Assembly: GCA_016714895.1 (NCBI GenBank)
Contig: JADKBV010000008.1
Coordinates: 1,523 to 65,522, forward strand
Direction: 5' to 3'
DNA from: Saprospiraceae bacterium
GTDB taxonomy: Bacteria; Bacteroidota; Bacteroidia; Chitinophagales; Saprospiraceae
Length of the DNA: 64,000 bases
In this document: one piece after another, positions 39,115-49,071 of the stretch
Position numbering within the stretch: the stretch's first letter is position 1
Layout of the letters: every line of letters begins with the position of its first letter
The notes under the pieces: model-generated
The model's input: the letters and a program-made list of their open reading frames with translations, nothing else
Database searches by the model: none
Told to the model about the DNA's origin: nothing
Translations under genes and position numbers: made by a program

Positions 39115-40572
39115 TTAAAACTCGAAACAACCGGGGTCGGGATTTGTTGTTTTCCGGTCTTTTCCGTCTATGTCTTTGGTGATAAAAATCGGTCGTGCTT
39201 TGCCCAAAGCTATAGACATGGTGTCCAAACGGTAATCCTGTTTGGTTTGATTTAAAAACAATCTTTCGCCCAATTTGAGGTTGTGGCAGTCGGAACAATG
39301 ATCAAAAAAATCTGTATGATCTCCGCTTCGAAGGATTTGATTGACCTTAACTACACAATTTTCAAATTTATAAAACAAATCCGATCTGTCTCCGACATAA
39401 TCAATCGAAACTTCATCTTCATTGCTTCCGGCAAAAATACAGTTGACAAACAAAGCGTCCAATGGATTGACAAAAGCCTGTTCGCAAGGAAACTCATAAC
39501 AGGTATAATTGGTCATGGAAACAGCTTCTGATTTACCTCCGTAACTGGCCACCGTACAATACTGAAACTGATAACTTCCACCGTGTCTCAGGAGGATAGC
39601 CGGACCGTCATTGTTGTAAATCAGACAATTATCGGCTTTGATAAATCCATGACGACCTATGATACCTGCATTTCCGGTATTGTAAAAACGACAGGAGTTG
39701 AGGTCGACCCTTGCCAAAGAATCTACCTGAATGCCAATGATTGAATTTTTGATCGTCGTGTGTTCCATCATATTTCCTCTGCTACCCGGAGCAAACAAAA
39801 CGCCAACCCACTGACTTTTAACATCTGCATAAGTTGGCTCAAGACGGTCACCCTGGATGATGACCGGTTGTTCGACCGTTCCTTTGGACACAATTCTGCC
39901 GTTTTGCAGACAAACGATAAGTCCGTCATTATATAATGTGGATTCATCTCTGACGATACCACCATGTACGTACACCCGGGTGCCTGCCGGAAGGTTGAGC
40001 TGGCAGCTGTCGATGTATAAGATGCCGTAGACAACATAAGGTTTCGGGTCGTCCCAGGCTACCTGTCCAAACTGACAGCTCAGCAAAGAAACCGCACCTT
40101 TATTGGTTCCGGTAATATAATTTGCATTCTGCCCGAAGGCTTCGAGGTATAGATTTTTGGTATTTCCGTTTACTTCTACCAATATTTTTCCTTCAATGAT
40201 AAAGGGACTGGCAATCAGCGGATCGTCCGGATTGATGGTGACTTCAACAAATACATATATACTGTCGTTGGCATTGATTTCGATGTCGTTGGCTGTTGGT
40301 CCTTTGACACCCTCGACATTATATCGGAAAAACCGTTGACTTTCGGCATCCATGGTGAGATTGACCCGGACAGGCAGATCTACCGGATTGTATATTTTGA
40401 TGATTCGGGTAGCGGAACCGACTTTTGTAAAAACGGTATCAAAACGCAGGGTATCAATACTAAATCTGAGGTTTACATCATTGCCTTCATAATAATCATC
40501 TCTGCGACATGAAAACAACAGGAGCAAACCTGCTATGAGTACAATAAAAGAAAGTTGGGTTTTTGACATCAT
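39115..40572 (-). CDS. Lipoprotein with parallel beta-helix-like repeats
   Basis: It has a lipobox (LLLLFSCRRDD) and repetitive segments such as NSIIGIQVDS and NTGNAGIIGRHGFIKADNCLIYNNDGPAILL. Confidence 0.55.
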   Translation of the reverse strand: MMSKTQLSFIVLIAGLLLLFSCRRDDYYEGNDVNLRFSIDTLRFDTVFTKVGSATRIIKIYNPVDLPVRVNLTMDAESQRFFRYNVEGVKGPTANDIEINANDSIYVFVEVTINPDDPLIASPFIIEGKILVEVNGNTKNLYLEAFGQNANYITGTNKGAVSLLSCQFGQVAWDDPKPYVVYGILYIDSCQLNLPAGTRVYVHGGIVRDESTLYNDGLIVCLQNGRIVSKGTVEQPVIIQGDRLEPTYADVKSQWVGVLFAPGSRGNMMEHTTIKNSIIGIQVDSLARVDLNSCRFYNTGNAGIIGRHGFIKADNCLIYNNDGPAILLRHGGSYQFQYCTVASYGGKSEAVSMTNYTCYEFPCEQAFVNPLDALFVNCIFAGSNEDEVSIDYVGDRSDLFYKFENCVVKVNQILRSGDHTDFFDHCSDCHNLKLGERLFLNQTKQDYRLDTMSIALGKARPIFITKDIDGKDRKTTNPDPGCFEF

Positions 40573-40575
40573 TTT

Positions 40576-41292
40576 TTATCTTCTTCGTCCTCCGTATTTT
40601 GAACGTTTATAGTCAAAACGAAATCCCGCTCTGACCTGAAATTGTAATTGGGTAAAACCATAATTCACTGTAGTTGTTTCCAACTGATTGATAGGAATGT
40701 CATAACTTCCGGCTGAAAAAAAGTAGTAAGAAGCCATGGGTGTGAGGGTGATCAAATCGTTGATGCCCAAATCAAGCCCCAAACCTAAACCCACATGGAA
40801 AAGAAGATTTTGACTTTTCTTTTCAGTAATAGTTTCAATAAGGTCAGATGAAGCGACAGAACTGTTTGTTTGGTTGAAGGATACACCCGGTGTCACATGA
40901 AAAAAGAAACCTTTGTTGATCGATGGTCCTTGTTTTGAAAAGGTCGGACAATTACAATCTTCGTTCAGGTCGAGTGCGTATATCTGTGTATGAAAATTAA
41001 ACAAAAACCTTTGCATATTGACATTGACGTCATTTGTTATATCCGTGTTTCCGTACGCGAAAGCCAGTTCCGGCAAAAACTCAATCCGCTTTTTTTTCAG
41101 CGCAAACCAATAATCCACCCCAATTTCGTAGGAAGGGGAAAACAAATTTTTTGATCCTCCGTAAAGGTCGTGCAGAACATTATTGAGCTGACCGTGATTT
41201 TCAAAATTGCTTTTTACCCTGACGCCGTATTGTGCAACAACTGTCGAAGTGTAAAAACAAAAAAGGATCACAAAATATCGGAAAAGTTTCAT
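40576..41292 (-). CDS. Small outer-membrane beta-barrel protein
   Basis: It has signal peptide MKLFRYFVILFCFYTSTVVAQ, an alternating strand pattern, and ends ...QFQVRAGFRFDY plus a basic tail. The track start at 41331 is rejected in favour of ATG 41292. Confidence 0.6.
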   Translation of the reverse strand: MKLFRYFVILFCFYTSTVVAQYGVRVKSNFENHGQLNNVLHDLYGGSKNLFSPSYEIGVDYWFALKKKRIEFLPELAFAYGNTDITNDVNVNMQRFLFNFHTQIYALDLNEDCNCPTFSKQGPSINKGFFFHVTPGVSFNQTNSSVASSDLIETITEKKSQNLLFHVGLGLGLDLGINDLITLTPMASYYFFSAGSYDIPINQLETTTVNYGFTQLQFQVRAGFRFDYKRSKYGGRRR

Positions 41293-41391
41293 GTACAAGG
41301 CAGAGATTGATGAAAAATAGAAAATATCCACATCAAACGTTTTAAAAGGTAATCTTGTTGTCGAATGCGGATATTTTGAAATAAAATCTCT

Positions 41392-42687
41392 TTATAATCT
41401 GTACATGTCGAGTGCATTTTCAATGATCTCCAGTGCTTCATGGATTTGATCTTCCGTTATGACCAAAGGTGGTGCCAAACGAATTTTATTGCCATGTGTC
41501 GGTTTTGCCAACAGGCCAAGGTCTCTGAAGGTCAGACAGATTTTCCATCCGAGATCAGAAGATTCAGGAGTGTCGATTTCTATGGCATTGAGGAGTCCTT
41601 TTCCCCGAACTTCTCTGATGATAGGATTTCGGGAAGCGATTTCGCGCAGGCCGGCTCTGAAGATATTACCCATGGCAAAGGCGTTTTCCACCATTTTTTC
41701 TTCCATCAATACCCTGACAGAAGCCATCGTCACAGCACATGCCAAAGGATTACCTCCAAAGGTAGATCCATGTTCTCCGGGTTTGATCGTCAACATCACT
41801 TCGTCATTGGCAAGAACGGCAGATACCGGCATGGTACCACCTGACAAAGCTTTGCCGAGAATGAGAACATCCGGTTTGGATGGGTTTTGTTTGCTGCAAG
41901 TACCGCCGTAACATTGACAATTGGTGCAGGTTGCCAGTAAGGAGCCTGTTCTGCCCATTCCGGTCTGAATTTCGTCAGCGACAAACAAAACATTATATTT
42001 TGTACAAAGATTTTTTACCGCAGTCAGGTAGTGATCATCAGGAACGATGACGCCGGCTTCTCCCTGGATGGGTTCTACGATAAAAGCGGCAATATTGGGG
42101 TTGGAAGAAAGTTTTTGTTCGAGGGCGTCCACATCATTATAAGCCACTTTATCGATACCCGGCATCAGTGGGCCAAAACCTTTGGTGCTGTCCGGATCGT
42201 TGGAAGCAGAAATGACGGAGATCGTTCTTCCGTGAAAATTATGGCTTGCAAACAACAATACTGCGTGGTTTTCCGGAATACCTTTGACCTGATAAGCCCA
42301 TTTCCTCACCAGTTTCATGGCTGTTTCTACGGCTTCGGCGCCACTGTTCATCATCAGCACTTTGTCAAATCCGAAGGTTTTGGCGAGGTATTCTTCGCAG
42401 GATCCCAAAAGATTGTTGTAAAAAGCACGTGAGGTGAGGGTCAGTTTGGAAGCCTGATCCGTCATCGCTTTGATGATTTTCGGGTGACAATGCCCCTGGT
42501 TTACCGCAGAATAAGAGGAAAGGAAGTCAAAATATCTTTTTCCATCCACATCATACAAAAAGACACCTTCGCCACGTGACAATACGACTGGTAGCGGGTG
42601 ATAATTGTGAGCGCCGTAGGTAGATTCTTTTTCTATCAATCCGATACTGAGTGCCGATAAAGCGGTGTCTGTGGTTGTATGTGCCAT
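41392..42687 (-). CDS. rocD: Ornithine--oxo-acid aminotransferase (class-III PLP aminotransferase)
   Basis: Motifs [59 protein letters not shown] and LGKALSGG. It carries a Cys-rich insertion just before the PLP lysine. Confidence 0.85.
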   Translation of the reverse strand: MAHTTTDTALSALSIGLIEKESTYGAHNYHPLPVVLSRGEGVFLYDVDGKRYFDFLSSYSAVNQGHCHPKIIKAMTDQASKLTLTSRAFYNNLLGSCEEYLAKTFGFDKVLMMNSGAEAVETAMKLVRKWAYQVKGIPENHAVLLFASHNFHGRTISVISASNDPDSTKGFGPLMPGIDKVAYNDVDALEQKLSSNPNIAAFIVEPIQGEAGVIVPDDHYLTAVKNLCTKYNVLFVADEIQTGMGRTGSLLATCTNCQCYGGTCSKQNPSKPDVLILGKALSGGTMPVSAVLANDEVMLTIKPGEHGSTFGGNPLACAVTMASVRVLMEEKMVENAFAMGNIFRAGLREIASRNPIIREVRGKGLLNAIEIDTPESSDLGWKICLTFRDLGLLAKPTHGNKIRLAPPLVITEDQIHEALEIIENALDMYRL

Positions 42688-42787
42688 ATTTTTTATTTTA
42701 TCTGCAAAATTATGTAAAATAAATTAATTTGTATCATTTTGTAGTCATATTTATTTTATTTAAGTAAATTTGTGTCAAATTTAATTT

Positions 42788-43243
42788 ATGGATACGTCTT
42801 TGGATCAATATGACACGGCGATTTTGGAATGTTTGGAACAGGATGGAAGGGTAGCCTTCAGCCATATAGCCGGAGAGTTGGGTATTTCGAATACCATGGT
42901 TCATCAAAGAATCAACCGCCTGACCGAAAATGGGATTTTGGTAGCGGTCAGACCTGTTTTGGACGAAAAAAAACTCGGTTTTGACTGGGCCTCTTTTACC
43001 GGGCTCACCCTTGAAAAAGATTATGATTCCGACAAGGTGATTGAAGCGCTAAAAAATATTCCCGAAGTGACAGAATGTTATTATATCACGGGAGCGTTTA
43101 CCTTATTTATCCGGATTACAGCCAAAAACCATGAACATATGCGCAAGGTATTGTATGAAAAAGTCGATCACATACCCGGCATAATCAAAACCGATTCATT
43201 TATGGAATTGGGATGTGCTTTTAAGCGAAATGTAAAAGTATAA
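42788..43243 (+). CDS. Lrp/AsnC family transcriptional regulator
   Basis: 151 aa with an N-terminal HTH (LDQYDTAILECLEQDGRVAFSHIAGELGISNTMVHQRINRL) and a C-terminal RAM-like domain. It is divergent from rocD. Confidence 0.88.
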   Translation: MDTSLDQYDTAILECLEQDGRVAFSHIAGELGISNTMVHQRINRLTENGILVAVRPVLDEKKLGFDWASFTGLTLEKDYDSDKVIEALKNIPEVTECYYITGAFTLFIRITAKNHEHMRKVLYEKVDHIPGIIKTDSFMELGCAFKRNVKV

Positions 43244-43675
43244 GTTTTATATTACAAATTTCCTTCAAGAGAATTTAAGGCTTATGTGAAAGCGTTGTTT
43301 TCGTGGAATCGTCTTTTTCCGCCTTTTTGTCTTTAGCTTAAAAATATCCGGAGACGGTAAAAACAAAAAACTGTTTGAGCCAAAAATCGGACAGGAAAGA
43401 GCTTAAATGTTTTTTATTGATCCGTTTAAGAAACGCGTAAATCACCAAGGCGAGTTTTTTTTGTTTCCGGCGGGAGGATTTTTTTAAGCGTGAAGAAGAC
43501 AAAACAGCGGCGGCATTTTTTGTTTACTTTTTTTTGCTGAAGAAAAAAAGTAAAAGCCTTGCCGGCTTGAGGCGATTTTTTCTTAAAAGTTTAATTTTTA
43601 ACCTTTAAATCATTTTGTAAGAGCAATCATTCAAATCTCCAATATGTCATAATATATAATTATAACAACCCGGTT

Positions 43676-44335
43676 TTATCCCTTTTTAAGGGTGGCAATT
43701 TTGGTGGAACAACCTTTGACCACATCACCTAAAGCTACATGAATATCGGCATCAGGAGGAAGGTAAATATCAACGCGGCTGCCGAATTTAATAAAACCCA
43801 TTTCGTCGCCACCCTGGTGATGGCTTCCGGTTTTTGCATAACAAACAATTCGTCTGGCCAAAGCACCGGCCACCTGGCGCAATAAAACAAGACCGCCTGA
43901 AGTTTCAATGACGACGGTTGTTCTTTCATTTTCGGTACTGGATTTTGGGTTCCATGCTGCCAGATATTTTCCAGGGTGATATTTTTCATATACCACTTTA
44001 CAACGATTCGGGTACCAGTTGATATGTACATTCAGCGGGGACATAAATACAGAGACCATTTTGCATTTGGTTTTAAGGTATTCGTCTTCAAAAACCTCTT
44101 CGATGACGACAATTTTACCGTCGGCGGGACAGATGATGGTATTTTCTTCTGTTTGTGGAAAAGTTCGTTTTGGCTTTCTGAAAAAAGAAATTAGAAAAAT
44201 ATATAAGGGAAGAGCCAATAATAAAAAGTAGACGGCTACCTCCGGTGCCACATATTTTACACCCAGATATAAAGCACTTAAAATAATAAAAGAAAAGGAT
44301 AATGTCTGTAAACCCTCCTTGTGGATAGTCATCAT
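43676..44335 (-). CDS. psd: Phosphatidylserine decarboxylase proenzyme (short form)
   Basis: 219 aa with N-terminal TM segments, and it ends ...GDEMGFIKFGSRVDIYLP, containing the G-S self-cleavage site. Confidence 0.85.
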   Translation of the reverse strand: MMTIHKEGLQTLSFSFIILSALYLGVKYVAPEVAVYFLLLALPLYIFLISFFRKPKRTFPQTEENTIICPADGKIVVIEEVFEDEYLKTKCKMVSVFMSPLNVHINWYPNRCKVVYEKYHPGKYLAAWNPKSSTENERTTVVIETSGGLVLLRQVAGALARRIVCYAKTGSHHQGGDEMGFIKFGSRVDIYLPPDADIHVALGDVVKGCSTKIATLKKG

Positions 44336-45020
44336 GTGTGGTAAAAATTGTTGGTTTTTAACTTGTTTTTACTTTGAGGCTGCAAGTTATAACATTTTTT
44401 TAAATATGAAACTACTTTTACTTTTCGTATAAAAACGTGGCGGCAACGATGGTATATACGGTATCAACTAACATATCGAGAGAGATTGTAGTCATTTATC
44501 ACAAAACTCCTTGTATCAATCCATAAAAATAAATTATATTTTGCCAAATTAAATTAAGATATTATTGATTTAACCGTATTTTATTCTTTAGTATATAGAT
44601 TATTGTCTTTCCGGCGACATTTTTTAATAATAATAAAAATAAAGCTTGTTTTTATTTTTTTTTCAAATACAACAAATATATTTGCGTTATATAAAGAAAA
44701 CAGAAAAAGAACGATGGACAGGTGCTTTTTAATTCATGGAAACAAATCTGACAGGGGCGGACAAAATCAAGACAGACGCTTAGGGTTATAATGATTCAAA
44801 AAGGGTTAAGCTATTTTCTTTTTACGTTTTTTTGAGGCGGTGAGTTTTATAAAATAAAAGAGAGCCTGCTTAAACCTGTTATGGGTATACAGACCCTCTC
44901 GTATCGTGCGGATACAGGGTCAAAGGTATGGAATCTTTCTGACATTTTATTATACTCCTGCAACGGATATTTCCCTCATGCCGTTGATAAAGAAGGGGAG
45001 TTATTATTAATTTTTTTAAA

Positions 45021-46478
45021 ATGAAAAAGTTTTTTGTTTTTTCTCTTAGTTTAATTTTACTAAGTTCTTGTTTTAATGATGAAAAGCAAGTATCGGTCAA
45101 TGATGTAACAGAAATCAGAGGTTCGGATGGCGATCAAGGATTGACAAATGAAGAAGTAGTTAAAATTATTTCAATTATGGTTTGTGATCCAATATTTGTC
45201 CAGGTATTAAATAATTCCATTATCACTTCACAAACCAAATCATCACATTCGGTTTCATTTATGGAGTTATTAACAGGAACTGCGACACCAGCGTTTTGCC
45301 AAAAATTTCATCAGGCTTGCCAACAACTTGGTATTAATAACGGGTTGAGCAAATTTATTAATGGCAATTTGTCATCGTCTCCTAATTTATGTCTTTCTGT
45401 TTATCAACCGGAAGAGCTTTCCAGCCAAAGTCAAACGAATATCTCTTTTCCTGTATTTAGTGAACAGATTTTTGATTCAAACCCAAACAACGAAAACTAT
45501 GTTTTTTATAATTGTGGTCAATTGGATATTAATTTGACAACGAACGAAAGCCCGGGTTTCTCATGTTGCGTAATTCAGGAAAGAGAAGGATTTGTTAGTT
45601 TGTTATCTTCTCAAATAACCAACGAAATCTATTTTAATGATCATTCCAAGGTCAAATATTTAGAAAGTTTTGTTAATAATACCGATTTTCAATCGTTGAA
45701 TTATAATCCGGTAACAACCAACAACACATTAAATCTTTGTGGTACATCATACCCCAATCCGTTTTTAAACAGATTTTATATAAATGACAGTATCCTGACA
45801 ACTTTATATAATACAGAGGCCAGCAATTCTTTTTATTTTCCACCTGCATTTCCACCACTCGGAAACTTTCTATGCCCAAGTGGTTTAGCATCTCAGAGAA
45901 CAACATTCAATAATTCAGTAAACAGAGAATTTTCTCATAGTATTAAGCTACCAATGGGAAATGCTGTATTAGAATTAAATAATGATTGGTGCGCATGGTG
46001 GAATAAGGATTGCAGATTTATGGTGGATTTGTATATTCCAAGCAGATTCAATTCGACTACATTCGAGCCATTACACTTAACTAAGTTTTTTTGGTACCAT
46101 GAAAAAAGTTTAAAGAAAAAGATATTTGTAGCGCCCAGGACCTCCGCGGAATTTGTTCCTTGGTATTATGAAACAAGTCAACATGGTGATGAATGGAAGT
46201 ATAATTGGACGGGTAAACACAGAAAGGAAGGCAACACTACTACCATAACTTTAGGAGCTGAACTTGGTTCAACAGTCGGTTTTAAAGATGATTCAACAGG
46301 ATTGTCTGCATCATTAACACGTAAAATAAATGCTATCTTTCAAACAACAAGAACAAATAAAGATTTATTTCTTGGGGGAGATCTTGTTTATTGGTGTGAT
46401 GATATTGTAGTGAATAATAATAGAGGTAATCTGCATTCAACAACCGATGTATTATTCCACATCAGAGAGAAGGAGTAA
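45021..46478 (+). CDS. Cys-rich lipoprotein of unknown function (island gene 1)
   Basis: It has a lipobox (MKKFFVFSLSLILLSSCFNDEK), is 485 aa, N/S/T-rich and has about a dozen Cys. I recognise no family motif. Confidence 0.6.
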   Translation: MKKFFVFSLSLILLSSCFNDEKQVSVNDVTEIRGSDGDQGLTNEEVVKIISIMVCDPIFVQVLNNSIITSQTKSSHSVSFMELLTGTATPAFCQKFHQACQQLGINNGLSKFINGNLSSSPNLCLSVYQPEELSSQSQTNISFPVFSEQIFDSNPNNENYVFYNCGQLDINLTTNESPGFSCCVIQEREGFVSLLSSQITNEIYFNDHSKVKYLESFVNNTDFQSLNYNPVTTNNTLNLCGTSYPNPFLNRFYINDSILTTLYNTEASNSFYFPPAFPPLGNFLCPSGLASQRTTFNNSVNREFSHSIKLPMGNAVLELNNDWCAWWNKDCRFMVDLYIPSRFNSTTFEPLHLTKFFWYHEKSLKKKIFVAPRTSAEFVPWYYETSQHGDEWKYNWTGKHRKEGNTTTITLGAELGSTVGFKDDSTGLSASLTRKINAIFQTTRTNKDLFLGGDLVYWCDDIVVNNNRGNLHSTTDVLFHIREKE

Positions 46479-46551
46479 ATATTAATTTTTACAGAAAAAG
46501 GTCAGGTAAATTATACTGATCTTTTTCTTCAAAATAAAAATATCATTATTT

Positions 46552-47256
46552 ATGAGATTATTAATCACTATTCAATTCATTTTAGGTATTTCGGCTTCAG
46601 TGTATTCTCAAGACATCCGGTTTTCATATGGTTTTGATTTATTGTATTTTCCGCAGTTTACACCAAAATTTGAACAATATTCTGAAAGTTATAAAATGGC
46701 AGTATCTTTTAAAATAATGCCAAAAATTAATCTGGTCGCTTCCTACCGGTATGCAGGAATTGCGGGTAATTTTCCTTTGGTTTTAGATGATTATCCCAAT
46801 ATCAGCAATACGGACCCATATCAGGAAAAATACATTGATTATGACGAATTCAAACCGGGACTTCACGCAGTTGGACAAAAAGGTTTGCATTGGAGTCAGT
46901 TTATTAATTTGGTCGGGATTGACATTGAGACAAAATTATTAAATATCAACGATCGGTTTTGGATTGATTTTTTAATCGGTGCTAAACTTGAGTTTTTAAA
47001 AATCAACAGTATCAGAGTTGTAGTAGGTGACAGTACAAACGGGGCTATTTTGACAGAGCCTGATGGTGATGAAGTTATCGTTCAGTTTCACACGTATGAT
47101 GTGACAACCAGCGTAAGTTATGTTGTCAACAGTACCTTACAGCTTAACCAAAAGTTGTCAAAAAATACCTATGTTTTTTTAGGCACCGACTTCAATTATT
47201 TATTATCTGGTGATGCCTATTGGTTTTTAGATTTAGGAATTGGTTATAAATTTTAA
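46552..47256 (+). CDS. Small predicted outer-membrane beta-barrel protein (island gene 2)
   Basis: It has signal peptide MRLLITIQFILGISASVYSQ, an alternating hydrophobic pattern and a C-terminal LDLGIGYKF (terminal aromatic residue). Confidence 0.55.
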   Translation: MRLLITIQFILGISASVYSQDIRFSYGFDLLYFPQFTPKFEQYSESYKMAVSFKIMPKINLVASYRYAGIAGNFPLVLDDYPNISNTDPYQEKYIDYDEFKPGLHAVGQKGLHWSQFINLVGIDIETKLLNINDRFWIDFLIGAKLEFLKINSIRVVVGDSTNGAILTEPDGDEVIVQFHTYDVTTSVSYVVNSTLQLNQKLSKNTYVFLGTDFNYLLSGDAYWFLDLGIGYKF

Positions 47257-47259
47257 AAT

Positions 47260-47916
47260 ATGAAAAAAGTAATAATTATTTTTTTGTTGATGACACCATT
47301 TATTTTATCAGGTCAAAAGCACATTGCATTTTCCTTAGAACGCGGATATTGGCAGCATACAGATCTGTGGGGAGTGCAGGGAGGAATAGAATATTCTTTA
47401 AAGTTAAAAGGTAATTGGAGATTTCATTTGGGAGCCGGCTTCGGATATGGAGAAAAAAACAGGTTAAAAGATTTTCCTGCAAATCCTGAAAACAAAACAA
47501 CTTTACAAGTTGGATTTGCGTCCTCATATATTATTGAGTATGGCTTTGAACGAACACAAACAGACAATGCAAAACAATTCAGGTTAAATATTGGTGTTTC
47601 ATATGAACATGACATAAATCCAAAACAAAAATTGTTTTTCCAGACTAATTTATTCGGACAAAAAGTTAATCATTTTTATGTCATTGACAAGCTTAGTCCC
47701 GGATACGATGTCAATTACGGATTTTTCTTTATTGGACCCTTGGATGTTTATATAGTTTCGCAACAGTCTTTTTATACAATCGGACTTGAACAAAAAATAG
47801 GATATTCATTTGAGGTAAAAGAAAATAAATACATTATGCCGTATATTACGGGTGGATATGGATATAATCAAACTTCATTTTTTGGTTTTGGGATTTCAGC
47901 AGGGGGAATACTATAA
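47260..47916 (+). CDS. Small predicted outer-membrane beta-barrel protein (island gene 3)
   Basis: It has signal peptide MKKVIIIFLLMTPFILSGQ and Gly/aromatic-rich strand-like repeats (HLGAGFGYGE, GGYGYNQTSFFGFGISAGG). It starts 4 nt after gene 2. Confidence 0.5.
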   Translation: MKKVIIIFLLMTPFILSGQKHIAFSLERGYWQHTDLWGVQGGIEYSLKLKGNWRFHLGAGFGYGEKNRLKDFPANPENKTTLQVGFASSYIIEYGFERTQTDNAKQFRLNIGVSYEHDINPKQKLFFQTNLFGQKVNHFYVIDKLSPGYDVNYGFFFIGPLDVYIVSQQSFYTIGLEQKIGYSFEVKENKYIMPYITGGYGYNQTSFFGFGISAGGIL

Positions 47917-48087
47917 TTGTAACAAAAACCAATCCTGAAACTTTATAATCGGGCTGTTTTTTGTTTTGAAAATAAAGTTTTCGTTTTGTGAAGATGTAAA
48001 AAAAAACTTTAAAGTCTTTTACCTCTTTGAACCTGTTTTTTGCGTCTTTTTGATGGATTGTTTTTAGCATCACAAAATATTTGTCTT

Positions 48088-49071
48088 ATGAGCATTAAAT
48101 TGACTTTTACACTGTTTTTGATATTAAATGTATTAACAAGTAATGGTCAGTCTTATCATGTTCAATCGTTTCAGGATACGTATGTTGAAATAGGCGATTA
48201 TAAATCACTCATGAAAGAATTGGAAGGTGATTTATTTTGGTATCACACTTTTAACCTCGGCTTTGAGTTTCCGTTTTTTGATTTAAAATACAATTATATA
48301 AACGGAAGTTATCGGGGTGTTTTTGGTTTTGATGATGAGTTGGATTATTCAATGGATTTATTAGGTTATGGATATCATCCGGATAATGTCCTTGATACAA
48401 TTAACCTTATATCAGATGTTCGCTATAAATTTAAAGAAATATCAGGAAAAAAATGTCTTATTGTTCAGTACACAAAAAACAGATTAACATCCGATCCCTC
48501 AATTGAAGAATTTGACAGCTATGTAAATTTTCAATATTGGTTTTTTGAAGATGGTACCATAGAGCTAAGATTCGGAAAAGCAAATTTAGCAAATTCACCT
48601 GTTTATATTCCGGGAGATGGGTTTTATCTTCTTACAAATCAGGGCCCGATTCCGGTAGGCCCATTTTTGGGTTTAACTCACCCATATGACATTAATAATA
48701 TCCTTAACTACAACGACATTGATAGTTTACAAAGATTTGAATTGCTGGATAACTGGATAGATGGAAATGTAAATTGGTGGCCACCGGAAGGTTGGGTGAT
48801 CCGGTTTACCAATCTTCTGGTTTCGACAAATGAAAAAGCCATTGATTTTCAAACTAAGGTATTTCCTAATCCTACAAATGATAAAATAATGATTTCTTCA
48901 GAATCACCCATTCGGGAGGTCAAAATGTTTTGTGTAAACGGAATGGAAAAAATATCACTCCAAGGCGATGGTATTTCAGAAATAAACATGACAGGTTTAC
49001 CACCCGGGACGTATTTTTTGCGCCTTTTTAGTGGAGAAAATATTGATTACCATAAAATAGTTATAAAATGA
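48088..49071 (+). CDS. T9SS-sorted secreted protein of unknown function (island gene 4)
   Basis: It has signal peptide MSIKLTFTLFLILNVLTSNGQ and a C-terminal sorting domain KVFPNPTNDKIMISS...GLPPGTYFLRLFSGENIDYHKIVIK. The track ORF opens at 48040. Confidence 0.65.
   Translation: MSIKLTFTLFLILNVLTSNGQSYHVQSFQDTYVEIGDYKSLMKELEGDLFWYHTFNLGFEFPFFDLKYNYINGSYRGVFGFDDELDYSMDLLGYGYHPDNVLDTINLISDVRYKFKEISGKKCLIVQYTKNRLTSDPSIEEFDSYVNFQYWFFEDGTIELRFGKANLANSPVYIPGDGFYLLTNQGPIPVGPFLGLTHPYDINNILNYNDIDSLQRFELLDNWIDGNVNWWPPEGWVIRFTNLLVSTNEKAIDFQTKVFPNPTNDKIMISSESPIREVKMFCVNGMEKISLQGDGISEINMTGLPPGTYFLRLFSGENIDYHKIVIK

Noticed and set aside
39104-39298. A 65-codon N-terminal extension of the glutathione peroxidase ORF.
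   Set aside because: It overlaps the 3' end of the upstream lipoprotein gene in another frame, and its text is basic and low-complexity. The conserved Gpx sequence begins at ATG 39103.
44422-44438. A possible island boundary repeat: TTTTCGTATAAAAACGT at the left edge against ACGTTTTTCGTAAAAG at 52775-52789 on the right edge.
   Set aside because: Only about 8 nt match, and the sequence is A/T-dominated, so this is not distinguishable from chance. I do not count it as an att or inverted-repeat pair.
44603-45100. ORFs 44603-44791 (+) and 44879-45100 (-) in the island leader.
   Set aside because: Their translations are low-complexity. The second overlaps the start of the lipoprotein gene on the opposite strand. 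I treat the region as non-coding.
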